A stretch of 63,605 nt of DNA, counting the filler. It is 5 parts of 5 records of this genome, joined end to end, with 100 filler letters (N's around TTAATTAATTAA, not from the genome) between each part and the next. Parts side by side here need not be neighbours in the genome. Positions count along the whole stretch, not along the records: positions 10,292 to 22,048 come from DRR723986_9905; positions 22,149 to 27,383 come from DRR723986_9906; positions 27,484 to 45,866 come from DRR723986_9907; 2 more parts are not named here. One strand, given 5' to 3'. Each line of letters starts with the position of its first letter. Within the stretch, counting starts at the first letter, position 1. Position numbers and translations under genes: made by a program. Of this stretch, positions 20,309 through 30,398 are shown piece by piece. Below the pieces are notes generated by a model. It worked only from the letters and a program-made list of their open reading frames with translations. It did not search any database and was not told the DNA's origin.

Positions 20309-20446
20309 TTAACAGCAGCACTCACACTCACTTTCGGCGCAACATTCGCTCTCGCAGCAGGACGAAGTGTCTTGCATGCCGGCATCCGAAGCCGCCGTAT
20401 AAGTGTTGGCATATCCTGCAGTTGGTTTCAGTGTTGTCAGATTCAT
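20309..20446 (-). CDS. Unannotated 45-aa Cys/Glu-rich microprotein MNLTTLKPTAGYANTYTAASDAGMQDTSSCCESECCAESECECCC
   Basis: Manually translated. GGAG lies 9 nt before the ATG; 8 Cys in the last 16 aa; own promoter motif and terminator. An alternative in-frame ATG is at 20473. Confidence 0.72.
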   Translation of the reverse strand: MNLTTLKPTAGYANTYTAASDAGMQDTSSCCESECCAESECECCC

Positions 20447-20503
20447 TGTGTTGTTCTCCAGTCTTGAATTCATACGTGTAATAGTTTCCTACTCTCACCT
20501 ACT

Positions 20504-20531
20504 AAGACGTTAGCTTGTGAAAATGATGCAC
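20504..20531 (-). promoter_or_regulatory. ECF-type promoter motif, copy 1 (upstream of microprotein)
   Basis: Minus strand GTGCATCATTTTC-N9-CGTCTT, i.e. TGCATC-N15-CGTC. Confidence 0.7.
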
Positions 20532-20542
20532 TTTGCAGTTTG

Positions 20543-21859
20543 TTAACAGCAGCCGGACGCAACGCTAGTCTCTGATTCAGAAGCACAACAGCTGGTACTG
20601 ATCGTCAGTTGAGAGCTGCACACACCAGTTTCCGGCAGGTTTAACTCTACATTTTTGGCGGCTTCAATGTCACCGTCTAAATGCGCAACAATTGATCGTA
20701 CTTGCTCATAACCAGTTGCCATCAGGAATGTAGGCGCGCGCCCATAACTCTTGGATCCAACTATATAGAAGTTTTCCTCAGGGTGCCTTAGCTCTTTTTC
20801 GCCATGCGGCCGCACGGTTCCACAGCTGTGAATATTTGGGTCGATGAGCTCTGCGAGCTCAGCAACTGACTCAATCGAAGAATCAATATTTGTGCGTATT
20901 TCGCGAATCATTTCCAGATCGGGTCTTGAGCCGGTGTTACTTATGATTTCGTCGATGCTTTCAATTTGATGAGGCAGGCCATCCAACTCGCCTTCAACTC
21001 GAATTCCCTTGGGACCTGTCTCCAGCTTTAGAATATGCAAAGGAGTGAACACCTGCAACTTGCCACTGTTAACAAGTTCTTTTATCTGGACTCCCAGAGC
21101 ACCGCGAGCTTCCAGCGCGTCGTCTGCGCCGCCGCCATAGACAGTGCTCATATCACGTTTGCGCAACACCCAGTGTAATCGCGTTTGCGGATGACTTTTT
21201 TGTAGCTCGGCCAGGTCCAGCAAAACGTTAACTGCTGAGTGTCCGCTACCTACAACCAGAACACGTTTGTTTTTGTAACGCTCCAGCTGATCGTGTTTAA
21301 CATCTGGTATTCCATACACAATGTGCTCACGCGCTTCCAGCTCTCCGGCGGCGTACATTCCGCCTGAGCCGATCGGGTTGGGCTGATTCCAGGTACCGGA
21401 CGCGTCGAGTATCGCTCGTGCCTCATAGTAGCGAATCCCTTCGGGGGTGCGCACGGTTATGTTAAATGGCTTGGTGGCCCTACCCGCAGTCTTAACTTTA
21501 TCGAGCCCTTTACGACCAACCGACAGCACCTTTGTGTTTAAGTGAATATTGGGCCGAATCAAGGGATGTTCCGCCAGGGGACGAAAATACTGATCCAGCA
21601 ATTCTTGTCCGGTCGGCAAAACACCTGGGTCGGGCGCAGTCCAACTTGTCGTACTGAGTAGTTCCGCAGCGGCTTTATCGATGTTGTATTTCCATGGAGA
21701 AAACACCCTCACGTGTGCCCAGGAATTGATGTTTCCGGCAACAGTTTGCGCCATATCAAACAGGTGAAACGGAATTCCGCGTTTCGCTAAATGCGCCGCA
21801 GCGGCGAGTCCTACTGGTCCAGCACCGATTATGGCTATCGGCAAGTTTCTATTATTCAT
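20543..21859 (-). CDS. FAD/NAD(P)-dependent oxidoreductase (flavin monooxygenase-like) with Cys-rich tail
   Basis: GAGPVG (FAD), DASGTW, VGSGHSA (NAD(P)), IDPNIHSCGTVRPHG, KSYGRAPTFL, LPETGVC..SCC..GCC. Confidence 0.85.
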   Translation of the reverse strand: MNNRNLPIAIIGAGPVGLAAAAHLAKRGIPFHLFDMAQTVAGNINSWAHVRVFSPWKYNIDKAAAELLSTTSWTAPDPGVLPTGQELLDQYFRPLAEHPLIRPNIHLNTKVLSVGRKGLDKVKTAGRATKPFNITVRTPEGIRYYEARAILDASGTWNQPNPIGSGGMYAAGELEAREHIVYGIPDVKHDQLERYKNKRVLVVGSGHSAVNVLLDLAELQKSHPQTRLHWVLRKRDMSTVYGGGADDALEARGALGVQIKELVNSGKLQVFTPLHILKLETGPKGIRVEGELDGLPHQIESIDEIISNTGSRPDLEMIREIRTNIDSSIESVAELAELIDPNIHSCGTVRPHGEKELRHPEENFYIVGSKSYGRAPTFLMATGYEQVRSIVAHLDGDIEAAKNVELNLPETGVCSSQLTISTSCCASESETSVASGCC

Positions 21860-21904
21860 ATTCAGTTCGTTCCACGAATTTCAGATTTCAGTTCAGTGCC
21901 AACA

Positions 21905-21932
21905 AAGACGAAGTAGTGCGAAAATGATGCAC
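21905..21932 (-). promoter_or_regulatory. ECF-type promoter motif, copy 2 (upstream of flavoprotein)
   Basis: Minus strand GTGCATCATTTTC-N9-CGTCTT, same conserved blocks and spacing as copy 1. Confidence 0.7.
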
Positions 21933-22048
21933 AAAAACCTGATCTGGCGCACATGTTTTTATCGATTCATGATGACCGCTAGTAATCTAATCACATAATT
22001 GCTGTTCGGATGTCGTTTTGAGGCGCTGCGCTTCCCCTGCGGGTTGAG

Positions 22049-22148
22049 NNNNNNNNNNNNNNNNNNNNNNNNNNNNNNNNNNNNNNNNNNNNTTAATTAA
22101 TTAANNNNNNNNNNNNNNNNNNNNNNNNNNNNNNNNNNNNNNNNNNNN
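22049..22148. other. Artificial contig spacer
   Basis: N-run, TTAATTAATTAA, N-run. Confidence 0.99.
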
Positions 22149-22177
22149 GGGGGGGGGGCACTGGTTGGTGCACTGAC

Positions 22178-25100
22178 CACTCTTGATGCCCTGGCGATCG
22201 AACGCGTCGTGGGTGGAGGGGTCGGTGAGGTACGCCGAGTACAGGAAAGCGAAAAACGAGTGTGGCGAGATGCGCTGCGTGGCCATGCGGAAGAGGCGCC
22301 GCGCGGCCTTGGAGGCGGGGGTGTCGCCCGCGGAGGACACGCCGGACGAGGCCGCGCGCACAAAGTCCGACTCGGCAGCAGTCGCCTTGGACCGGAACAC
22401 GCGGTGGGTCAGCGCGCTGACGGTCACCGCGGCCTGGACCTGCTCGTCGAGACCCAGCATCTCCCGAAGCGACCCCGTGTCCAGCTCCCTGTTCCCGCGC
22501 ACCTTCTCGATGTAGTAGCCGGCCATCTCCCCGTCGAGCGCGGCCTCCTTCAGCGACGCCTCGTCCTTGGCAATGTCCAGTTGCAGCTTCACGGCCTGCT
22601 GCAACTCGGCGTTCCTTCCCCCCTTGTCCTTCTGCGACGCGAGGGACTCGGAGATGCTGGTGAGGATCTTTGCCATGGCATGCCGCGCCTGCTTGTTGAG
22701 CGGGCTTCCGCTCTCGCACGAGGACTTGTCCGAGGGATCGAACAGCGCCGTGCACAGCGCCTTGGTGGAGATGTGCTCCCGGCTCACCGACGACGAGCTG
22801 GACGACGCCAAAGAGAACTCCTGCACGTCGCAACAACAACAAACAACACCAAAAAAAAAAATGGCGCTTTCAGAGCTGGACCAACAACAAAACAACAGAC
22901 CAAGGAGGACAAGTTGGCGGCGGCGGGGGGGGGGGCAGCACCTCAAAGTGTCCCATGAGGCGGTCGAGCAGGTCGCGTGACGTCTTGGGCAGCTTGTCGC
23001 GGTCGTTGTTGAACAGGGCCTGCGAGACCTCGTTGACGGAGAGGATACCGTCCCTGTTGGGGTCGAGCTGGTACATCATGCTCTGCACGCTGGCGCGCTG
23101 GTTAGGGTTGCTGGACCCAACGATCTTGAAGAACATGGCGCGGTAGAGCTGCGACAGCTTGCTGACGCGCTCCGGGTCGGTGAGGCGAACGTAGTTGGCC
23201 CCGTGCGAATCCGGCAAGGCCTGGCGGAACGCGTCGTACAAGCGGCCCCTGCTCTCCAAGGGGACGTTGGACAGGAACTTCATCACGTTGACGGGGGACG
23301 AGAACACCTTCTTGAGCAAGCCCGTGAACAGCGGGGTGAACTTGTTGGGCTTGGCGCAGTACGGAGAGTTCATCCAGTCGTAGAAAAACTTGGTGGGGTC
23401 GTTCACCACGGCCTCGGCCGCGGCCACGCGCAGCGCCGTGACGCGCCGGTCCACCTCGTCCTTCGAGATGCGGTCCGTGCCGCTGGCCAGGTTGGATATC
23501 AGCCTCCGCACGGGGAGCTCGCCGGCAAGGCGAGGGAACGGGATGTTGGGCAGCTCAAAGGCGCTCGACTGCACGTCCAGGGCATCGGAAATCTTTGCCG
23601 CGCGGTCGTCCGCCCCGCTCAGGCAGTCCGCCGACTCCTCCTTGCACTGTTCCATGAGCTCGCTATCCGTGCCTGCCCACAGGCAATCCCAGTCGCAGTC
23701 GCAGTCGCAGTCGCGGTGGGTGTGGATTGGAAAAAAACCAAACAAGGAGAAGCACGCGTCAGGCGCGCAACACGCACCTTCCGCCTCTGCACTCTTCTTG
23801 CCCTGAACACAGGCGAGCACCTTGCCCTCGCACACGCTCCGGAGGCCGGCCAACAGGCCCTTCTTCAGCTCGCCAGGGGGGACGGCGGGTCCTGCAACGA
23901 GCAATGGTCCAACCAAGACGACGCGGTCAGCACACGCGACAAACGAACCACAGCAACTACCCCCTGGCGTTGCCACACACAAACGCACCCCCTGGAAGCG
24001 GCTTGGCCTCGCGCTTGTCGAGCTCCTTTTGGAGGAGGTGGCGGAACGCCCGGAAAGCCTTGACGTCGGTGGCCACGTCCCGGCTCGGGTCGTCCGAGTC
24101 AAGCAGTTTGGACACGTCCACTCGGTCCTGGGGCAGCCCCGCGATCACGCCGCTCATGTCCGCCCTGCGCAACAGTGGGGACAGTGCCTCCACGGCGGAC
24201 TCTGCCAACAAAGCGGCGTTGGCCTTGCAGGCCAGCTCGGGGCACTCCTTGACGTAGGCGCGCTTCAGCAAGCCCAGGGCCTCCTCCGGGGACAACACCA
24301 CCTCTTTGGACCGCTCTGGCAACAACCAAAAATAAAAAAAAGGGGGGGAAGGCACGGTTCGCAAAGGGGGTGGTGCTGGTGAAAAGCAAGGGGGGAGGAA
24401 CAGGTGAACGCACTCATGTCCTGCTCGTGCGAGTGTGCCAAGCGTTGCACAAAGTGGGAAACGGCAGCAACCTCGTCCTCGACTTCGTCCTTGCCCAGCA
24501 GGGCGCGCAGTTCAACGGCGCCCAAGGAACCGCTGTCCTTGTCGAGCGCCTCCATGATGTCGTCACGCGACCACGTTTGATGGTCAAAGTTGATCAGCAT
24601 CTCGAACAGGCTCATCAGCTGCGTTGCTCTAGGGGCCGCACGCGTGTCAAACCACGCGCGCGCATTGTTCGTTTCCTGCGCACGGAGCACGAAAAGCAAA
24701 AGGGGGGAGGGGTGAGGACGAGCAAAAAAGAAACAAGCGCTGGTTTGTGTGTGGGGGGGAGGGAGAAAGCGCGCCTGTGGGCTGATTTCCCCGTCCTTGT
24801 CGCTGTCGAAGAACCTGACGATCAGGTTGAAGCTGGCGCCCTTGTCGCCCCGCACGATGGCGCGCATGAGCTTCTCGACGTTGATGCTGTACTGCGAGCC
24901 GAAGCCGGTGAGGATGGCCTCTGCGATGGACTGCGCCGCGGTGGGCATGACGGACTGCTTGGCGTTGTGGTGCACCTCGGCCACGACGTCCTGCACCTCG
25001 GACAGGGAAATGCCGCCGCTCCCGTCCTTGTCCAGCGCGGTGCTGATCTGCTGCGGCTGGACGAAGAAGCTCATCAGGGTGGAGAAGAGGGGCAGCGCGA

Positions 25101-27327
25101 CGTGCAGGGCGCCGTGCTCGTTGAACGACTTGAGCAGGTGGGTGGCAAAGTCCTTCAGCGTCACCTTTTCCGTGGGGGCGACGGCCGCCTTGAACGCGGC
25201 GTAGTCCCCCACGGCGCCTTCCTTGCACAGCCCGTCGCACAGGCGCTCCATGGTGTTGGCGCCGGCGAGCACGGTCATCGGGTCGTCCACCTCGGCGTCC
25301 CGCTCGAACTTTGCCAGGAGCGACGCGGGGAACACCTTGAGCTCCATCACGAGCGTCAGCGCCTCCCACAGCGGGTCGGGGCGGTCGGCCAGCAGGCTGG
25401 CGACCTGCCCGAACGACACCATCACCACCTCCGACGCGAGCGCCTCCCCGCACACCTCCTCCTGGGCCCTGGGGTCCGCCTCGCACTGGGAGGGGGAGCA
25501 GTACGCGTCGAGCTTCTCGCCGAGCCTCTTGCGCGCGTCGCAGCACGGCACGAAGAGCTGGTTGGAGACGTGGAGCAGGTACAGCGCGTGCTGCACGTGC
25601 GAGGGGACGGGCGTGTAGCGCTTCAGGTCGCTGATGATGTTGCCCTCGTGGTCGAGGCCGTCCCCGTAGAGGACGAGCGCGAGCTCGCGCACGGTGAGGC
25701 GCCCGTCCTGGTTGATGTCGAGGTCGTGCGCGGTGAGCTCGCCGTCCACGGCGCGCGTGAACTTGTGCTTGGAGGAGCCGATGAAGTAGCGCAGCACGTC
25801 CACGGGGACCACGTTCGGCACGACCTCGTCCTCCTTCTTGGTCGCGAACGCGCGCACGAACCTTTCCACGCTGACCACAGAGTTGAACAGCCTTCGCCAC
25901 TCGACCGCGACCGGGCCCTGGGCGGCGTCGAAGATCACGGCGATGTCCTCCAGCGTGACCCACCCGTCGCCGTCCGCGTCGAGCGCCGAACGGAGCTGCG
26001 AGCTCTCGGCCTCCAGCGCTCCGCCGAAGCCGGTGAGCGCGTGCTCGGCCGTGCGCCTGCTGACCCCCAGCTCCCTCACCACCTCAGACGCGGTGACGAT
26101 GCCCGAGTCGTCCTCGTCGAGCAGCCTGCGCAGCCTCGTGGCGGGGATGTGCGCCGCGTCCTCGCCGATCCTGCGCGCCACCTCGCGCGTGGTGACCACG
26201 CCGTCGTTGTCCGGGTCCAAGCGCTTCCGCGCGACGTCCACGTGCCCGAAGATGCGCAGCCGGCCCAGGTCGCTCTGGCGCGACACCTGGTCGTCGCGCG
26301 ACACGGTCTCGAAGAAGGAGAACGCGCTGTTCAGGTCCTTGCGCAGGCGCTGGAAGTTGGTGGAGTAGTGCGTGAACATGCACTTGCGGTCGCGGGGGCC
26401 CTTCCACGTGGGGAGCTGCGTGAAGAAGCGCATGTCCAGCTCGAGCCGCGGCGGCACGGTGAGCTCCAGCTTGCCCACCAGCCCCGACGTCCACTCGTCC
26501 ACGAAGGGGAGGTCCGACATCCACCGCGCCGCCGCGTCGACCTCCTCCTGCGACACGATCCCGTCCTTGTCCAGGTCGAACAGCTCGCTCGCGATGTTCT
26601 CCAACGAGACGTAGCCGTCCTGGTCCACGTCAAAGTGCGCCGCCAGCTCCCGCGCGTCGATGATGCCGTTGTGGTCCTGGTCCACCATGCTGAACCACCG
26701 CTTCGCCGCCTCCACCTCTTCCCGCGAGAGCTCTTCGTTGCCGTCCAGGTCGAACATGGCCATCACCTCCTGCTCGCTCAGCTCCGCGTCGCCCTCGTGG
26801 TCGAACGCGTCCATGAACTCGCTGATCTTGACCAGCCCGTCCCCGTTCTCGTTCGGGCGGTCGATCACCCGGCACACGGGCGCTGCGTGGAGGGAGAGAG
26901 GGAGGGTTTGTGGCGCGATTCGGTCGGGCAGTCACGCAATCACACAAGCACAACACGCGCACAGAGCGCAGCGCGCAGCAAAAAGCAATTCCGGGCTCAC
27001 GTGCTGCCAACGCGGTCTCTGCCTCTGCAAAGCCCTTCTTCTGCTGTTCTTCGGGCAGGGGTTCGTCCAAAGAGTCCACTGCGTTGGAAGCGGCCGTGAC
27101 GTTGAGTGCGGGGTCAAACGCAAGGGAGGGGGGGGGGAATTACTCACGTTCGTCGTACATGTACCGCACGCCCTGGAACACTGCCTCCCCGGCAAGCGAG
27201 GCCACAGCACCACTGACCACCGTTTGTGCAACATCGGACCTGTCCGGACTGAGCTTGTCAAGGCCGTGCGCGACCATCACACCCGTGCCGGCCCCGACGA
27301 GACCAGAGAGCAGAGTCTTCGACAAGC
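22178..27327 (-). CDS. Eukaryotic spliced multi-EF-hand protein, partial at both ends. Predicted exons: 27327-27148, 27078-27001, 26882-24775, 24675-24414, 24315-23989, 23891-23778, 23672-22942, 22820-22178
   Basis: Donors GTGAGT, GTGAGC, GCGCGC, GTGCGT (x3) and GTGCTG; pyrimidine/low-complexity introns ending in CAG. The junctions keep one open frame of about 1480 codons with about 13 DxDxDG-type loops. The last donor at 22177 is less certain. Confidence 0.8.
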
Positions 27328-27383
27328 CTGCAAACAACAACAACAACAACAACGGGCAAGCTCGACGTCACAACGAATCCCCC

Positions 27384-27483
27384 NNNNNNNNNNNNNNNNN
27401 NNNNNNNNNNNNNNNNNNNNNNNNNNNTTAATTAATTAANNNNNNNNNNNNNNNNNNNNNNNNNNNNNNNNNNNNNNNNNNNN
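27384..27483. other. Artificial contig spacer
   Basis: N-run, TTAATTAATTAA, N-run. Confidence 0.99.
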
Positions 27484-27795
27484 CTTTGGTGTGAATGCAG
27501 GCAAGCTGCCTGCACTACGATGAGAGCCCACTCCCGGCGGCCGACCAGCGATGCGCGTCGGTGCCCGCTCCGCTCGCGATGCGGTGGCGGTGACAGGCTG
27601 TTGCATCTGAGGCGTGCGATTGGCGCTGCAGAGTGAGTGACCAAGTGCCATTCGTGGGTGCCCCCGATTGAATTATTGTAGTTTTCAGATTTCGTTTTCG
27701 CTGGGACTTCGACAATTGAGGCCGGTTTTCAAGCCTTGACTTGGATTGCCGGCACGTCAAAGCTGTCCCCGTTGCGAGCGGAGGAAGAGAAGCGT

Positions 27796-29697
27796 TCAGA
27801 ATTTCGGTATGGTGACTCTCTTGGTTTCAAATTCAAAACTCGAATTGATTTCGAGGTCCAGTTCGGTGTCTTCGTTGAGCACTACGTTCTTTGGCTGAGG
27901 CGTAGCCCGGAATGATCGCAGCGCCGAGAACACTTGTGATGACACCGAGTGATCGCCTGCATGCAAGCCCGTGATCTTGAACTTGCCTTCAGCGTCCGCG
28001 AATGTGGCGGCCGTGTGGTGATGGTTTTCGTCGAGTTGGCGTTGTGCTTGGACGTAGGCAAACGGTGACGTAGTGCCGGACAACGTCAGGTTGCCACCGA
28101 GGCGATTTAGATTGACGTGTTTGGTAGTGTCTTCGTCAAGTGTTATGGGAAGTGATAGGAGAGGGCCACCTGAGCGGTTGGTGTATACGGAGATTTGGTA
28201 CTCTCCGCCTTGCAAATTCGAGATCGCGAATTCCCCATCCCTGTCAACAGTTGTGTTGCCGTATTCGATCATCCAGTCTTTTCGGTTGGTAAGCTGAACG
28301 CGTAGTTCTGCCGGAGTAAAGCCAGAGATCGCAACCGTTCCCGTAATTTGTGATTCAGGACGGAGAGCGACTTTTAGCGGAGGCGTTTCTGGGTTGCTCG
28401 TCTTGCTTTGGATGTAATCACGGATTGTTGGAGAGTGGATGAGCTGCCGTTGGTAGCCCTTGGCCAATATTGCAATGATCCGTCCGTCGGCGGAGTCGGA
28501 AAACATAAACTCTCCGTCATCGTTGGACGCGGTTCGTTGGACGAACGAGAAGCCTCCGTGCCCGTCAATCATGGTGTCAAACGAGCCCCAGCGAAATCGC
28601 GAGGGTTTCAATGATTGACCGATGACGACTCGTGCACCGGAGATTGGTGAGTTATTTGCGTCGACAATGATTCCATGGATGCTGGGTTGTTTGGTAAGTT
28701 GGATTTCGATTTTTGTTCCGTGGGCAGCGGGTTGTATGCGGGTTGCCTGGGCTCGGTAGTTGTCGGCATAGAAGTAGTACTGTGTCCTTCGGCCCAGCGG
28801 TACGCCAGCGAGGTTGGCCCTGCCTTGCGCGGAGTTGACCTCCGTCATGTCCGGGCGATACCGGCGGGTGAATTTAAAGTTAGGGATCGGCTCGAAGGTT
28901 TCCGCGTCACGAACGGTGACTTGGATGGAAGTGCTTTCATCTGGCCATAGTCGCGAGGTTGTTAAGGTGTTGTCGGCTTCAGAGAAAGCCGAGCCAATCT
29001 TGCGAACTCCGCCGTTGTGATCGAGGAAGACGTCGTATTGAAATCCGTCTTCCGGGCGATCGCGGTCCTTTCTTGTTGGCGGCAGGTATCGCAGTCGGAA
29101 TCGCCCCTGGGAGTCCGTAACTGTCCTGCGGTCGGGGCCAGGGAATGGGAAAGAAGGTATCGGGTTGGAGAAGCTGCTCCAGACTCCGTGCGACGGGCTG
29201 CGAGCGGCAATTGTTACTCCGGCGAGAGGGTTGCCTTTGTCATTGAGTACGATGCCCTTCGCGGTGTGGGCTTTCGTGAGTTGCAGTGCAAACGAAGGAG
29301 GGGGCTCCGTAGGGTTTGCCAGCTCTGATTCCAGGGGAGGGATAACATTGTCAATCCAAACCGGTCCATGTCCGATCGCGTGAGCGCCAAGCCGGAAGTC
29401 GATACCGATCGATTGGGTTACGAGTTGAAAGCGTCCGTCTTCGTCCGTCCGTGTCGTTTCGCGATCTTGGCGATCGGCGGCGAAGTGCCCCCACTCGACC
29501 CATGCACCCCTGACGGGCTTTGAGTTTGCGTCGAAGACTTGTCCGGCAATTACTCGGTTGGGCATGCCCTCGGCTATTGGTCCGGCCGCATCGGCAGCAA
29601 AGGCGAGATGACAGGTGAGCGCAATCGTGGCGGCTACTTGGAACAGGAGTTTTTCAGTGTAGTCCGTTCTGAGGTCGTCTGTTTTGGGGTGTTGCAT
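27796..29697 (-). CDS. Exported protein with repeated carboxypeptidase-regulatory-like (beta-sandwich) domains
   Basis: Signal-like ALTCHLAFA and repeated G.V.D..G.P..GA.V / TD..GRF.L motifs typical of planctomycete proteins. The start is uncertain; the ORF-track extension to 30081 looks non-coding. Confidence 0.65.
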   Translation of the reverse strand: MQHPKTDDLRTDYTEKLLFQVAATIALTCHLAFAADAAGPIAEGMPNRVIAGQVFDANSKPVRGAWVEWGHFAADRQDRETTRTDEDGRFQLVTQSIGIDFRLGAHAIGHGPVWIDNVIPPLESELANPTEPPPSFALQLTKAHTAKGIVLNDKGNPLAGVTIAARSPSHGVWSSFSNPIPSFPFPGPDRRTVTDSQGRFRLRYLPPTRKDRDRPEDGFQYDVFLDHNGGVRKIGSAFSEADNTLTTSRLWPDESTSIQVTVRDAETFEPIPNFKFTRRYRPDMTEVNSAQGRANLAGVPLGRRTQYYFYADNYRAQATRIQPAAHGTKIEIQLTKQPSIHGIIVDANNSPISGARVVIGQSLKPSRFRWGSFDTMIDGHGGFSFVQRTASNDDGEFMFSDSADGRIIAILAKGYQRQLIHSPTIRDYIQSKTSNPETPPLKVALRPESQITGTVAISGFTPAELRVQLTNRKDWMIEYGNTTVDRDGEFAISNLQGGEYQISVYTNRSGGPLLSLPITLDEDTTKHVNLNRLGGNLTLSGTTSPFAYVQAQRQLDENHHHTAATFADAEGKFKITGLHAGDHSVSSQVFSALRSFRATPQPKNVVLNEDTELDLEINSSFEFETKRVTIPKF

Positions 29698-30398
29698 CTG
29701 ATCAACTCTTGGCGGTCTGTTGCTTCGCGGCTTACTGCTGATGCAATCTGTCGTTGTGGTCGCTTCCGGCGGTGGATTGTAGCATGCGACCGTCCGCCGC
29801 AGGTGAATAGGTGGTGTGATCGTCGCAGCGACTCCGAATGACCTCATCATTACGAGCGGCTGTTGCTTGAGTAGATTTCGAACGGGCGGTGGACTGCCGG
29901 TCGCGTGAAACTCGGTACTTTCGAGGTGGGCGGAAGCTGGGCTGGTCGGTCGTGGTTGGCGATTGTGCGTCAAAGTCGCTTGCGCCGCTGGGCGACGCTC
30001 CGGTAGGTTTTCCTTACCAGGAGCGCATCCAGGTTTCACTTTGGGCAAGCCCGCGTGGTTGGGGCGAAGCTGTGCGACCATTTGTCACGCAAAATGACAA
30101 CTGAATAGCCGCCTTGTGGTATTGAACAAACAATACCAATGGGGTGATACTAACGACCACCTAAGTTTTAAATTGACTGAGTGGCCATTGCTTCGGGGAG
30201 CTGTCGCTTGGTCGCTGATCGATGCTGAACGCTCGTTCGAGCACTAGACCGACATAAACATTCACTGGTTTTGTTGAGCTTTCAAAGCAGTTTCTCCTTA
30301 CTCTTTTGCTGTGAGGAGCAGTGGCTGCTTCAAGGACAGTGCCGCTTGATGAACACTGGACGTCCGCTCAATAAAGCGACTTAACTATCGTCAGGGCT

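Noticed and set aside
20266-20481. 71-aa plus-strand ORF
   Set aside because: Antisense to the Cys-rich microprotein. The RBS, promoter and terminator all support the minus strand.
24370-27099. 909-aa plus-strand ORF and other long overlapping ORFs
   Set aside because: Antisense shadows of a very GC3-rich exon; the minus strand carries the EF-hands and splice signals.
22830-27352. (CAA)n, (GCAGTC)n and poly-G/A tracts
   Set aside because: Intronic microsatellites, not CRISPR or coding repeats.
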